From IMG/VR virus record IMGVR_UViG_3300049432_000039, positions 1 to 60,895 of that record: 60,895 nucleotides of DNA, one strand, 5' to 3'. Of the stretch, positions 18,589 through 29,543 are shown piece after piece. The notes under the pieces were generated by a model. That model worked only from the letters and a program-made list of their open reading frames with translations, searched no databases and was not told the DNA's origin. Position 1 is the first letter of the stretch. Each line of letters begins with the position of its first letter. Made by a program: the position numbers and the translations under genes. Source of the DNA: a virus (taxonomy: Duplodnaviria > Caudoviricetes).

Positions 18589-18931
18589 TCGAAGGCTTCT
18601 GCATCTCCGAGAAAACCGATGTGACCATCGACGCACATGGCCGCTGCCTCACGGACGGCTCGCTCGCCATCCCGCCGTCGTGGGGCAACAGTCAGCAGAC
18701 ATGGACGGGTACTGGCTGGCTCCCCGAGATCGCACGACCCGCCAACTACCAGTACAAGCCGAAGCAGTACGCCGTCGCTCAGGTCATTGCCGAGCCCGTC
18801 TCGGCCGAGTGCCAGCACTGTGACCTGACGTTCTCGTACCAGCCGAAGGGTGGCGATGCTCCGCGCTACTGCCGGCCCAAGTGCAAAGACGCAGCGGCAC
18901 GGGCACGGCGGAAAGCTGTGAGGTCGGCGGC

Positions 18932-19594
18932 GTGACAGTGCAACTGATCGACCACATGGGCACCGACGAATCCGTTGCCCGAGCCGCCTGGGTGTCCACG
19001 CAGCGGGAGCAGCGGGAGGCGACGCCGGAAGCCGTCGAGAAGCTGATCCGCTTCCTGCTGTCGAATCGGCCGGCGCACGCATCCCCGTTCGCCCATCCAC
19101 ACCTGACCGTCCTGGTTGAGTGCCCGATCTTCGTCTCGCGGGAGTGGATGCGCCATCGAGTGTGGCAGTTCTCCGAAGTCAGCAGCCGCTACAGCGACAT
19201 GAGCGGCGAGGCGTACCTGCCGCCGATTGAGGACTTCCGTACCCAGGTCGGACGACCGGGCGACTACCACATGGAGCCACTACCAGACTCGCGTGCGCGA
19301 GAGGATCGCGACACGATGGCCGATGCGTATGCCTACTCCTACAGGGCGTATGAGGAGATGCTGGTCGCTGGCCTTGCTCGCGAGGTCGCCCGCAACGTCC
19401 TGCCGCTCGGGACCATGACGCGGTTCTACGGGACCGTGAGCCTCAGAAATGCGCTGGCGTTCCTGGTGCTCCGCGACAGCCCTGCTGCCCTGCTGGAGAT
19501 CAGGAGAGAGGCCGTGGCCCTCCGCGCCATTCTGAACGATCTGTTCCCGATCACGATGGCCGTGTGGGCGGAGCAAGGAGAGCCATCGCTATGA
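18932..19594 (+). CDS. thyX: Flavin-dependent thymidylate synthase
   Basis: HASPF, REWMRHR..SEVSSRY, REVARNVLP. Confidence 0.92.
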   Translation: MTVQLIDHMGTDESVARAAWVSTQREQREATPEAVEKLIRFLLSNRPAHASPFAHPHLTVLVECPIFVSREWMRHRVWQFSEVSSRYSDMSGEAYLPPIEDFRTQVGRPGDYHMEPLPDSRAREDRDTMADAYAYSYRAYEEMLVAGLAREVARNVLPLGTMTRFYGTVSLRNALAFLVLRDSPAALLEIRREAVALRAILNDLFPITMAVWAEQGEPSL

Positions 19595-19944
19595 GCGTTG
19601 AAGCGATTTCGCCTGCCCTGCCGGATCTTCTTGCATGGGCCGAGTTGGACCCCGAAGACCGCATGTCGCCCATCGCGCAGCAGGCGTTCCGAGCCGGATG
19701 GGAAGCTGCCGGTCGCAGTGCTGAGCCGGTTCCCGCATACGAACAAGTCAATCACCCACAGCACTACCAGATGCCCGGTGGTATTGAGGTCATCGACGTG
19801 GCAGGACATATGTCTTTCTCTTTAGGCAACGTGATAAAATATGTATGCAGAGCTGACCTAAAGGGAAAAGACATTGAAGACCTCGAAAAAGCCGCTTGGT
19901 ACCTCCAATGGGAAATCGAGCGAAGAAAAAGGGTGCTTGGTTGA
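19591..19944 (+). CDS. DUF3310 protein
   Basis: VNHPQHY..IEVID..GNVIKY..R..EDLEKAAWYL. Confidence 0.88.
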   Translation: MSVEAISPALPDLLAWAELDPEDRMSPIAQQAFRAGWEAAGRSAEPVPAYEQVNHPQHYQMPGGIEVIDVAGHMSFSLGNVIKYVCRADLKGKDIEDLEKAAWYLQWEIERRKRVLG

Positions 19945-20458
19945 TGGATGCCAACGGAAGCACTACGGCAGGGGCTTTTGTAATGCCCACTACCAGCAGG
20001 ATAGAGAGCATCGGTTGCGCCCCGGTATTCGATACAACCGGACGAATGGGGCCACCCTGCTCCGAGACGAGAACGGTAACAAGCAGTGCATCGCTTGCCG
20101 ACTCTGGCTACCCGAGAGTGCCTTTTCTACGCACAGTAAGACTAAGGATGGCTTCCAGGTTCGATGCCGCCCTTGTGTCTACGTTGCTCTCCGATTCACT
20201 ACCTACCGTCTTCGGCCCGAAGATATTGCCAGGATCATGCAGGAACAGAATCACACCTGCGCTATCTGTGGCAGTGACATCAGTGGTCGATATGTTGTTG
20301 ACCACGACCACGCCTGCTGCCCCAGCACGAAGTCATGTGGTTCGTGTCGTCGGGGTTTCTTGTGTGACTTCTGTAATCTCGGCCTTGGTGCCTTCAAAGA
20401 CTCTGAAGAACGTCTACGGCACGCCATCGAGTACCTCAAGCGATGGCGACGCGACTGA
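19874..20458 (+). CDS. Endonuclease VII-family homing endonuclease
   Basis: CAIC..VDHDH..RGFLC..CNLGLG.FKDS; start uncertain. Confidence 0.85.
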   Translation: MKTSKKPLGTSNGKSSEEKGCLVDGCQRKHYGRGFCNAHYQQDREHRLRPGIRYNRTNGATLLRDENGNKQCIACRLWLPESAFSTHSKTKDGFQVRCRPCVYVALRFTTYRLRPEDIARIMQEQNHTCAICGSDISGRYVVDHDHACCPSTKSCGSCRRGFLCDFCNLGLGAFKDSEERLRHAIEYLKRWRRD

Positions 20459-20459
20459 T

Positions 20460-20504
20460 AGGTACATCGCTCGTGAGATCGAGCGGATCGGCAAGCAGCC
20501 ATGA
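20460..20504 (+). pseudogene. Stranded former DUF3310 C-terminus (RYIAREIERIGKQP*)
   Basis: Matches WYLQWEIERRK; its stop overlaps the next ATG. Confidence 0.65.
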
Positions 20505-21575
20505 CCACCACCCCACCAGTCCCTCACCTCACCGACCGCGACCGAAGGCTCGCGCTCTACGGCGAGCCAGCCGAGCGGCCCGAGTACGTGAGCCCATTCG
20601 AGCGCAACATGCAGGAGTTGTTGGATCGCGGCGACAGGCTGGCACGTGGGCAGGAGGCGATGCGCCCATGATCGACCTGGACCGCACACCACTGACCGAC
20701 TCGGAGACTCTGGTCGAACGAGCGAACCACGTCGCGATGGCCGTGCAGGCGTTACGCGAACGATCCGTCTGGGACGACATTGGCGACACCGGCCGCCGGG
20801 TGCTGGCAAAGAGATTGTTGTTCGCTCGCTTCCGCTGTGCAGATCGCATCGCTATGGAGCGGCAGGCCAACGCAGCACGGACCGGACGTTGGTGGCCCCG
20901 CTAATGAGAACCATTGAAGAGTTGGTGTTCATTCGTGACCGTGTCCTCACCTGGATGGCCGAGAACCCGCCTCCACTCGGCTCCCTGCTCGGTGAGCCGG
21001 CACCACGGCTGTCGAAGCCCTGCAAGTGGGGGCACACCGAAGGACGACGGGCCGATTCCCACTGCATAGGCTGTGATGTGGACCGGAAGCGGAGGCAGCG
21101 CAATGGCCTGTAGTCACAGCGAAGACTGCGACGGTCGTTCGGCCACGTGCTCGGTCGTCCCCACTGGTGTGCCCATCAGGACGCGGGCCATCGTCGGGCC
21201 AGTCCTCACGATGCCCTGCAGCAACGACGACTGCCCCGGACTTGACGTGATCGAAGAGGACACCAGCCTTCAGCAAGTGCTGGCGGTTTACGAGAGGCGC
21301 CGCGTACGGATCACGATTGAACTGCACGAGGTCACGAAGGCAGCACTCGCCTCGCACTTCGAGCACTGCTCGTATCTCTGCACGACCAACCACATCAAAT
21401 GCCTGATTGGCCGGCGTCTCGTCACCATCGAAGAAACCGCCTGGTTTGCGGCGCGGATAGAAATATCCGGGACGAACGGGTCAACGGTGACCGACCCCCA
21501 ACCCGTTCCGCATGAGCCGTGCTGCACGAACGCGCGCGCCCCCGTGCCGCTGGTCGCGGATGGGGATGGTGAGCG

Positions 21576-22070
21576 GTGAGTATCTACGCCACGCTGTTCA
21601 ACATCCAGGTTAAAGACGAGGATCACGGCGGATCGTGGGAAGACGCATGGATCGAGGTCTGGGGTCAGGGTGTCCCGAACCACATCAACGAAGAGAATGG
21701 CTACGGCGGCCCCGCGTGGGACGAGTGGCTGCCGGCGTTCGTCCACAAGCCTGACTGCAAGCGCTCGGAGTACGTCTACTTCATCAAGCCGGATCCTGAG
21801 CACGCCATGTTCTCGCAGCCATGTGAGTGCGACGATCCGGAGGCCCGTCGCCGGACCCAGATCACGTGCGACTGCGGCATGCGCGCGGTGTTCATCTGCG
21901 ACGACCTGACCAAGAAGGCCACCGAGCGCAACGGTCAGGAGTACGTCAACCCGGTGCTCGTGCTCACGGGGGCGGAGTATGACGCGCTGTCGTTCCCGGA
22001 CCTGTTGGAGCGCATCGAGTCGTCGGTAGCCGAACGGCGAGACCGCCCCGCGTGGTGGAGGAGACGGTGA
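21576..22070 (+). CDS. Hypothetical protein
   Basis: GTGA coupling, strong GC3 bias. Confidence 0.6.
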   Translation: MSIYATLFNIQVKDEDHGGSWEDAWIEVWGQGVPNHINEENGYGGPAWDEWLPAFVHKPDCKRSEYVYFIKPDPEHAMFSQPCECDDPEARRRTQITCDCGMRAVFICDDLTKKATERNGQEYVNPVLVLTGAEYDALSFPDLLERIESSVAERRDRPAWWRRR

Positions 22071-22263
22071 AGGCGCGAGGACACAGTGCGGTTCCACTCG
22101 GCAAGCGGCGAACGTCCCACTGGACCGTCTGCAACCGATGCGGACTGCTTCGATTGAGGAACAAGGCCAGCGAGCGCGAATGGCAGCAAGGCTGCGCCGC
22201 CGATCGAGACCGGAGCCGCCCATGACCGCGCAGACCAGCCAGCACGGCCGAGGGGGCGCGGGG

Positions 22264-22455
22264 TCAGGTCTTTCGAGGTCGGCCTCGGTCTCGCGGGATC
22301 GCCTTGAAACGCTCGAAGTCCTCGCGCTTGATGCGCCAGTCGCGGCCGAACTTCTGAGCCGGCAGCCGGCCAGCTTGAATCTGCCGCCATACCACGGTCT
22401 TCGAGACGCCCATCTCGGCAGCAGCTTCGTCGGTCCTCATCCATTCCTCCGGCAT
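22264..22455 (-). CDS. Excisionase-type HTH protein (antisense, possibly leaderless)
   Basis: TDEAAAEMGVSKTVVWRQIQAGRLPAQKFGRDWRI..GRP. Confidence 0.8.
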   Translation of the reverse strand: MPEEWMRTDEAAAEMGVSKTVVWRQIQAGRLPAQKFGRDWRIKREDFERFKAIPRDRGRPRKT

Positions 22456-22577
22456 TCGGCCAGTGTAGTCAATCGTAGTGTACGACAAAAGTTATTCTTG
22501 GTTGACGTTACTGGTGAAAAACGTTATTATTCACTAGGTGTTGTCATAGAAGACGACGCCGAGGAGGTGAGAGTTCC

Positions 22578-22871
22578 ATGCCCGACCCACCGATCTCTGA
22601 ACGCGGCGTTTGGATCGCCTGGATGGACCGTGGGTACTGGTTGCGTGAGGAGGATGAGCGAATCCTGCTCTACAACGCGAACGGACGAAAGAACCCCAGC
22701 TTCCAGTTGTGCGGCATCGGGACTACGCCGACCTGCGACTTTGCCGCGTTCTCGCTCCGCACCGGCAAACGGATGCCGGGCGTCTTTCATCGCTACATGG
22801 TGCAGCAGAAAGGACCGCATCGATTCCCGAAAGTGCCGCGCTGGTACTCACCTGCCAGCTACCGAGACTGA
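22578..22871 (+). CDS. Hypothetical protein
   Basis: GGAGG RBS after TTGACG-17-TATTAT at 22502-22530. Confidence 0.55.
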   Translation: MPDPPISERGVWIAWMDRGYWLREEDERILLYNANGRKNPSFQLCGIGTTPTCDFAAFSLRTGKRMPGVFHRYMVQQKGPHRFPKVPRWYSPASYRD

Positions 22872-22931
22872 TTCGTAACGCCTGGGCTACCGCCCTTTCA
22901 TCTGGCCTGACCTGGCCTGGAGTGACCTGAG

Positions 22932-23561
22932 ATGTTTGCACCTGTCACGAACATGACTGGCTTTATGCCCGACGAGGGCAAGTACACCGCCGAGTGCCTG
23001 CGGATCGAAGAGGCGCCCGACAACGGCTTCGGCGTTGGCGTCCGCTGGGTGCTCGCGTTGTACGAGGGGAACGAGCGCATCCTCCAGGGAGACGGCACTC
23101 CTATGGAGTTCTGGCAGACCACGTCAACCAATATGGGGCCGAAGGCCCGTGCTCGCGCCTACGTCGAGGCGTTCCTCGGGCGCCCACTTGACGAGGGCGA
23201 ACGGATCAACCCGAACGACATCCCCGGCAAGCGGCTGACCGGCATGGTCATCCACGAGGACTCCACCACGAAGGTGGGGCAGAAGGTCGCGAAGCTGGTC
23301 AGTGTCAAGCCACTGACCAATGGCGCCGCGAAGGTGGTCCCGCCACAGCGTCCTACCGCCTCCTCGGTCTCGGCTGACGCATCTGATGCGGATATCGACC
23401 GGGCCACCGTCGTCCTGTCCGTCGAGAAAAAGATCCGACAGGCCGAGCTGCTCGGTACCGCCAAGCATCTGGACTGGCTGGCGATGGACCTCACGTCGAT
23501 GGACGTGGGCGAATTGCAGGCGATCAAGGCCGCCGTGCAGCAGGACATCGACGCGGACTAG
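22932..23561 (+). CDS. Putative phage single-stranded DNA-binding protein
   Basis: PDEGKY..MGPKARAR..FLGRPL..GK pattern; upstream of the primase. Confidence 0.55.
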   Translation: MFAPVTNMTGFMPDEGKYTAECLRIEEAPDNGFGVGVRWVLALYEGNERILQGDGTPMEFWQTTSTNMGPKARARAYVEAFLGRPLDEGERINPNDIPGKRLTGMVIHEDSTTKVGQKVAKLVSVKPLTNGAAKVVPPQRPTASSVSADASDADIDRATVVLSVEKKIRQAELLGTAKHLDWLAMDLTSMDVGELQAIKAAVQQDIDAD

Positions 23562-23645
23562 CCGCGCCACTCTCCCCGTCCCGTCAAGCGGACACCGAGC
23601 GGCAGCGGCTCGGCGGGGAGCCAGAAATCGGGCAAGGAGGCGCGG

Positions 23646-24365
23646 GTGACGGTCCAGTTTGAACCAGCCTGGAACGATGATGGGCGAAGCTATACGCCCT
23701 ATTACGGACGGCCAGCCGAGCCCGTAGTGCCTCGGCGCTACGACACCGAGATCGACGCACGGGCGGAGCTCGAGACCTACCTTGCCCCGTACTTTGACCT
23801 GTACTCAGAAGTTCGGCTACTGGAAACCGGGCAGCCGTTCCAGTTCATCGACTACGTGGCCGTCTTCAAGGACGCCGATGCCCAATCGTCCCTACGCCTG
23901 ATCGGCATTGAGGCCAAGAGCGGATTCGATGAAGTCAAGGACGGCTGCGCTGTCATCAAACAGTGCATGCGATACCGCAAGGCGAAGATCTCCGACTCGC
24001 GCCTGACCCAATTCCTGGGTGACCGTATCCCGTACATCGCGGTCTGGCCCCGTATCGATTTTCAGAAAGACACGAGTTGGTGCGACAGTCGCCCGAACGG
24101 CGAGATCGTCCGCGCTGACTATCTCGGGGCTCGGCGCGGGGAGCAGCGAGCGCTGGAGCTCCTTGCGCAGCATTGGAACATCGGATTTATCCAGATTCGC
24201 CCGTGGTGGTCCCAGGTTCATGAGGAGTGGCACCCGAGCGTTACCCTGATGAACGGGCAGCAACAGGTCTGGACATCGCGGTACATCCAACAGATCGCTG
24301 AGGGCTTTCGTGGCGGCTTGAAGCTGGCGACCGACCCGAATCGCGGGCTCAGGTTTCTCGATTGA
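23646..24365 (+). CDS. PD-(D/E)XK restriction-endonuclease-like protein
   Basis: EV..IDYVA..IGIEAK..Q..RY. Confidence 0.55.
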   Translation: MTVQFEPAWNDDGRSYTPYYGRPAEPVVPRRYDTEIDARAELETYLAPYFDLYSEVRLLETGQPFQFIDYVAVFKDADAQSSLRLIGIEAKSGFDEVKDGCAVIKQCMRYRKAKISDSRLTQFLGDRIPYIAVWPRIDFQKDTSWCDSRPNGEIVRADYLGARRGEQRALELLAQHWNIGFIQIRPWWSQVHEEWHPSVTLMNGQQQVWTSRYIQQIAEGFRGGLKLATDPNRGLRFLD

Positions 24366-26344
24366 TGGCAACCGATCCCGTGAAGGACGAGCAGGAACGG
24401 TTCCTTGACGCCATATTCGGCCGCGAGTCCGGGTATCTGTTCATCAGTACGAAGGATCGTACGAAGGACGGCGGCTGGTCCGACCATGGCTTCGTGTACC
24501 CGCTCCAGATGGGCGACATCCTGACGTTCGCCAATCAACAGGACGCCCTCGGACTTGACGTGTACGTCGCCGCGCAGCTCTACAAAGAGCCGAACCGGCG
24601 CCTTGCGAAGAACGTCAAGACGTGCCCGTCCGCGTGGTCGGACCTGGACACGGCCTGCCCCTGGGGGATCAATCCCGAACCGACCGTAGTCCTCGAGACC
24701 TCACCCGGCCGCTGGCACGGCTTCTGGCGTACGCCCACGACGATGGAGCCGTCTCGAGCCGAGGAGATGTCCCGTCAGATTGCCTATGCCCACCATCGCG
24801 CCGGCGCCGATCTCGGCGGATGGGATCTGACCCAGATGCTCCGAATCCCCGGCACCCACAACCACAAGTACGAAGACGCCCCCGTCGTCCTGCTGAAGCG
24901 CTGCGATCCCAATCCTCTCCCGTGGGATGCATTCAAGGCGCTCCCCCCCGCTCCCAAGCGGGCAGACGGTTCCCGTACAGCAGCAGACGACGAGGGCGCT
25001 TCCCCGATCCCGCTCCAGGGATTCGACCTCGAGCACTGGATAAAGGAGGACGTATCGGACCGTTCAGCCTGGGCCATGCGTATGGTCTCCATCCTCAAGG
25101 AACACGGGCTCTCTGATCGACTCGTAGAGGTCGCCCTCGCCAACCACCCGATCTACCTTGCTAAGGCCCGGGAAAAGTGGGGGAACAAAGAGAGCCTGAT
25201 CTACGACGATATCCGCCGCTGCATCCAACACTGGCGGGATCACCCAGATCCGATCCTGGACATGAGCGCGCTTCGGCCCCCAGCCAGCGAGGCTGCGAAG
25301 ACGCCCACCGTGGCCGCGAGCACAGGCGAGATCCGGTACCCAATCCAAACGCTCGCCCAACTCGCCGCGATGGAACAGGAAGAGATCAAACACGTAGTGG
25401 ACGGCATCCTCTGGGGTCGCCGTACGCATTGGGTGTTCTCGGACCCGAACTCTGGCAAGACGCTATTCCTGCTGGCCGTCCTCATGCACGTGGCCGCTGG
25501 CCGCGACTTCCTGGGCCGACCCGTGGAACAGGCAGCCGTCCTCCTCATTGAAGAGGACTCACCGTTCAGCGTCATTGCCGAATACGTCGAGATGCTGGCC
25601 GACATTTACGACTTCGACCTCGAGACGATCCCGTTCTATGTGAACAAGACTCAGGGACTTCGGATCGTGAATGCTGAGGCCAGGCAGGCTGTCATCGACG
25701 CAATCAACTCGTGCCCTCAACGGCCCGGAGTGATCCTCCTTGATGCCTGCGAGCGGCTCGTACCGTCTGACAGATTCAACACGAAAGAACTGGACGAGCT
25801 GACGCTCCTGCTTCAGTGGATGTTGAACGAACACATGACGCCGATTGTGATCGATCACACGAACCGAGCGAAGGCAGAGAAAGGCAAGGAGGCCGACTAC
25901 AAAGCGAACCCGATGGAGCGTCTATTCGGTGCTCGAGCGAAGTCAGCTATCACGGACGTGATGATGTACTTCGACGGGTTCCTAAAGGCCGGGCCTGTTC
26001 AGGTCATCTTTGCCAAGTTCAGAGGGCAACTCCCGACTGGATTTACGATGACCTTTGACGCATCTGAAGGGTTCCATCTAACGGATAAGCCAGCCGCCGC
26101 CATTGGAGAGTCGGAGCAGCGTGTCATGCGATTCCTGAACAGCGCTGAGCGAGCCTGGTACTCCCCCGCCGACGTAGCCACCTTCGTCAACGAAGGACGA
26201 CGCGGAAAGGAAAGGGAGTTGCATGACCGCACGATTCGCCGCGCTTTGGCCGCATTGACAGAGCGGCGCTGGCTCCTGGTTCAGGGCTCAACGCAGGCCC
26301 GTGAGTACCGACTGAACCCCGCAACGCCCGGGTTATTCCAATGA
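24362..26344 (+). CDS. RepB-type primase fused to AAA/RecA-like helicase
   Basis: WSDLD, ETSPGRWH, LRIPGTHNHK; Walker A SDPNSGKT; ILLD; IDH. Confidence 0.88.
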   Translation: MMATDPVKDEQERFLDAIFGRESGYLFISTKDRTKDGGWSDHGFVYPLQMGDILTFANQQDALGLDVYVAAQLYKEPNRRLAKNVKTCPSAWSDLDTACPWGINPEPTVVLETSPGRWHGFWRTPTTMEPSRAEEMSRQIAYAHHRAGADLGGWDLTQMLRIPGTHNHKYEDAPVVLLKRCDPNPLPWDAFKALPPAPKRADGSRTAADDEGASPIPLQGFDLEHWIKEDVSDRSAWAMRMVSILKEHGLSDRLVEVALANHPIYLAKAREKWGNKESLIYDDIRRCIQHWRDHPDPILDMSALRPPASEAAKTPTVAASTGEIRYPIQTLAQLAAMEQEEIKHVVDGILWGRRTHWVFSDPNSGKTLFLLAVLMHVAAGRDFLGRPVEQAAVLLIEEDSPFSVIAEYVEMLADIYDFDLETIPFYVNKTQGLRIVNAEARQAVIDAINSCPQRPGVILLDACERLVPSDRFNTKELDELTLLLQWMLNEHMTPIVIDHTNRAKAEKGKEADYKANPMERLFGARAKSAITDVMMYFDGFLKAGPVQVIFAKFRGQLPTGFTMTFDASEGFHLTDKPAAAIGESEQRVMRFLNSAERAWYSPADVATFVNEGRRGKERELHDRTIRRALAALTERRWLLVQGSTQAREYRLNPATPGLFQ

Positions 26345-26377
26345 AGGGACGCATGAAACAGGGTTTTACGGCTCTAG

Positions 26378-26567
26378 CTTCGGACATGGCTTCGGACAAA
26401 TGGCCCCTTTACGGACAAACGCCAAAAATCTTCGGACATGGCTTCGGACATCCGAGTTTTGAGATTCCGAGTCACTTCGGACATCTTCGGACATGGCTTC
26501 GGACAAATGAGCCAGCTTCGGACACCATCCTCCCCCTAAAGGGGGAGGGAGGATGGTCTGTCCGAAG
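26378..26567. repeat. Putative replication origin: CTTCGGACA iterons and inverted repeat
   Basis: Eight exact direct copies (26378, 26390, 26430, 26442, 26475, 26485, 26497, 26516), one degenerate copy and one inverted copy (26559) around the hairpin TCCCCCTAAAGGGGGA. Confidence 0.8.
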
Positions 26568-26597
26568 CTCTAGCGGGTCAGCGCATGAGGGCGCTCT

Positions 26598-27341
26598 ATG
26601 ACTGGCTTCCGCCCTCGCCACCTCTCCGTGTCTTCCGTGGAGCTGTACGCCCGTTGTGCTGCGCAGTGGAAACGGCGCTACGTAAACGGCGTGATCGATC
26701 CCCCGAACCGGGCGATGGCCTGGGGCTCGGCGTTCCACTCGGCGCTCGAGGCCGGGCACAACGGCGACGATGCCGCCGTGGCCTGGCTCCATGCGTGGAA
26801 TGTTGGGCGCGACAAACTAGCGTTGCAGGGGTTGTCGTTCGGGCCAGGGAAGCCGCACGGCCTGGAGCTCCTTGACGAGTACGCGGAGCGGGGTCTCGAC
26901 GTGGAGTGCCCTGCCGAAGTGAAGTTCGTATTGCCGTTCCCGAGCGGCAATATCCCGGTCCCGTTGCTCGGCTATGTGGATGCGTTCGCGCCCAACGATA
27001 CCCGCGAGTACAAGACTTCGGCGGGCGGATGGTGGAGCCAGTTGCGCGCCGATATGTCCCACCAGGCTCAGGTCTATAGCTGGGTCAGGCAACGCATGCT
27101 GAACCACCGAAAGCCTGTCAGGATCGTGGTGTTCGGCACTCGGGCGGTAACGATTGATGAGTACATCGTAGAGACATCTCCGGATGGGATGCGCTTGTTT
27201 GAACGCCTTGCCGAAGGCGTTTGGGACGGCATCGTCAACGAACGCTTTGACGGCTGTGGCGACTGTTTCGTGTGCAAGCCGGGCAGCAAGAAGCGCGCGT
27301 CAAACGAGGCCAGTTTCGATTGGGGGGAAGCAGCATCATGA
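26598..27341 (+). CDS. PD-(D/E)XK RecB/Cas4-like exonuclease
   Basis: LSVSS..C..GSAFH..E..GYVD..EYKT..Q..Y..C..C..C. Confidence 0.8.
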   Translation: MTGFRPRHLSVSSVELYARCAAQWKRRYVNGVIDPPNRAMAWGSAFHSALEAGHNGDDAAVAWLHAWNVGRDKLALQGLSFGPGKPHGLELLDEYAERGLDVECPAEVKFVLPFPSGNIPVPLLGYVDAFAPNDTREYKTSAGGWWSQLRADMSHQAQVYSWVRQRMLNHRKPVRIVVFGTRAVTIDEYIVETSPDGMRLFERLAEGVWDGIVNERFDGCGDCFVCKPGSKKRASNEASFDWGEAAS

Positions 27342-27847
27342 CCACCGCGACCGCACCAGCCATCCACGTCCGCGTACCGCTGGAGGAACAGTTCGGGGGA
27401 GCCGACTTCATGCCGGCCCCTGAGCTGACGGCGCTCTACGAGCAGCTCATCACCGACTACCCCGAGACCCACGGCCATCTTCACTGGGTTGAGGTCAAGT
27501 TGGCCTGGAAACGCAAGGGTGGCAAGAAGAACGGGCAGAACAACCTCGCCTTCTGCCAGAAGCTGAGTGGCGCGGCGAAGTACTACGCCGATGCCGACTT
27601 CCTGATCTGGCTTGCTGCCGATGAAGTCCTGGCGCGAGAGATGACGGATCGGGAGATCCGAGCTTGCGTCTCGCATGAGATGCGGCACGTGGGTTGGGAC
27701 GTGGACGAAGAGGGCAACGGCAAGGCCGTCATCCTCGGTCACGATGTCGAGCTGTTCTTCTCTGAGGTCCGAGAGATCGGCGGATGGAACGAGATGCTCC
27801 GCGAGGCCGCCAGCGCTTTCGAGCAAGCTCCGCTGTTCGGAGAGTGA
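27338..27847 (+). CDS. Phage metallopeptidase-like protein
   Basis: DFLI..HEMRH..HDVE.F. Confidence 0.75.
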   Translation: MTTATAPAIHVRVPLEEQFGGADFMPAPELTALYEQLITDYPETHGHLHWVEVKLAWKRKGGKKNGQNNLAFCQKLSGAAKYYADADFLIWLAADEVLAREMTDREIRACVSHEMRHVGWDVDEEGNGKAVILGHDVELFFSEVREIGGWNEMLREAASAFEQAPLFGE

Positions 27848-28979
27848 CCGCATGAACACCACCGAAACGCCATGCCGCTGCACGTCCACCGACCGCGAAG
27901 ACGATTCGTCGGACTGTCCGCGTCACGCGATTGATGAGCCGCTGATCCTTTCGCTTGCCTGTTTTTGGGACGGACCAGACGCATGACCGGCCAGCATGCA
28001 CCGCCAGGGTGTCTGGGAGATGGGAGAGGGTGATGACACGAGAGGACGCCATCAAGGCACTGAGGCCGTGCGGCGCAGGTCATTGGCATACCGGGGCGAC
28101 GTGTGATTCGTGTTGGGTCAACGAGCACCGCTGCCCGCCCACGATGGTTGCGCTTGTGCCGAAGACCATAGCTGCGCTCAAGCGAGCTACGGAAATCGGG
28201 AAAGAAGCCGAGAAGATGCTCACCGAGATTAGGCAACTTGGCCTTGAGGCCAAAGCCCGATGACCGCCGACAGCTCTGCCAGGTCCGGCGGGGCGGGGGT
28301 GTGGGAGCCGTGGACCTTCGCGCCGGGGAATCACGTCGAGGTCCGCATCAGCACCGAATGCCCGCGCACAGGAGCCGGCCACTGGCTCGAAGAGAGCGGA
28401 GCTACGGGGTACGTCATGGCAGCCACACCGAGCGATGACCGTCACCCTTATTGGGTGTCCTACGACTCGCCGGTAGCAGTGCCAGAGTGTCTGGACGGTA
28501 TGCGGTGGGGATTCTACGCGGGGATCGAACTCTCCCCGCTCACCCAGGCCGCCGCCACGGACGAGGGGAGCCGCTGATGTGCGTGCTTGACGGGGTGATG
28601 ATGCTGGTGCTCCTAGGCTCGGCCGGCGCTATGGCGGTGTTCGGGACGCTGATGTTCGTCTTGGCCCAACAGACCCGGCGCAAGATCGACCGCCTGATCC
28701 ACGAGGACAAGGGCCGGCATGCACAGTTCTGGAAAGACCTCCGTGCTTCGATGGACGATGGGGCCATTGCCGCCGCCGAGCGCCCTGGGAGCGAGTCATG
28801 AGGGGCGTCACGTGGTCCCACGTCACGGTCATCCTCGCCGGCTGGTATCTCGTTCAGTCGTACTCCCGCTATCCCGATCACACCGGCGTCAACCTGTTGG
28901 CGATGGGCATCGTCACGCTCGGCGTTGCGATGGTCGGATTCGCCTGCTACGCCATTGGCTACGAGCGGGGAAGCCGCTG

Positions 28980-29543
28980 ATGGCGGCCGCGCGGACGGGG
29001 CGAGGGAGTCAGACATCCACCCCAGTGGCTATCGTTGAATCTAAACCGATTCAGCAGGGTCAAATTTTGATCCTAGACGGGTTCCCATCGCCGTACATGG
29101 TGGCCCGACTCGGCCCGAACAGCGGAACGATCAACCGCTACGGGCTAGGACGGCTGCGCAAAGACGTGCAGGGCTTCGTCAAGGTCGCCGTGGATCGGCA
29201 GGGTATCCGTCCGGTGGCCCCGCCGGTTCGCCTGATTCTGCGCTACGTGTTCCCTGACGCGCGGCACAGGGACTCGGACAACTTCGCGGTGATCGGCAAG
29301 CCGGTGGTGGATGGGCTCGTCAGGGCGGGAATCCTGGAGGGCGACAACGCGGCGCGATTGATAGCGACGGTGGAGTTCGTGAAGCGGCCGAAGCAGCGCC
29401 GCCTCGAAGTCGTGCTCAATCCTGTCGACCAAAACGGCCATTCTGCCCCGGTTTCGGCGGCGCTGCCTTCGAGTCAGGGGCACCCGGAACCTGTCGACGC
29501 CACCGCGCACCAGCGACCCGCCAGGCGCGGGCGGGAGGAGTAG
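28980..29543 (+). CDS. RusA-like Holliday junction resolvase
   Basis: RDSDN..K..VDGLVRAGILEGDN. Confidence 0.8.
   Translation: MAAARTGRGSQTSTPVAIVESKPIQQGQILILDGFPSPYMVARLGPNSGTINRYGLGRLRKDVQGFVKVAVDRQGIRPVAPPVRLILRYVFPDARHRDSDNFAVIGKPVVDGLVRAGILEGDNAARLIATVEFVKRPKQRRLEVVLNPVDQNGHSAPVSAALPSSQGHPEPVDATAHQRPARRGREE

Noticed and set aside
26378-26567. CTTCGGACA repeats as a guide RNA array
   Set aside because: The units are 9 bp with irregular short gaps, directly after the replication gene; they fit iterons.
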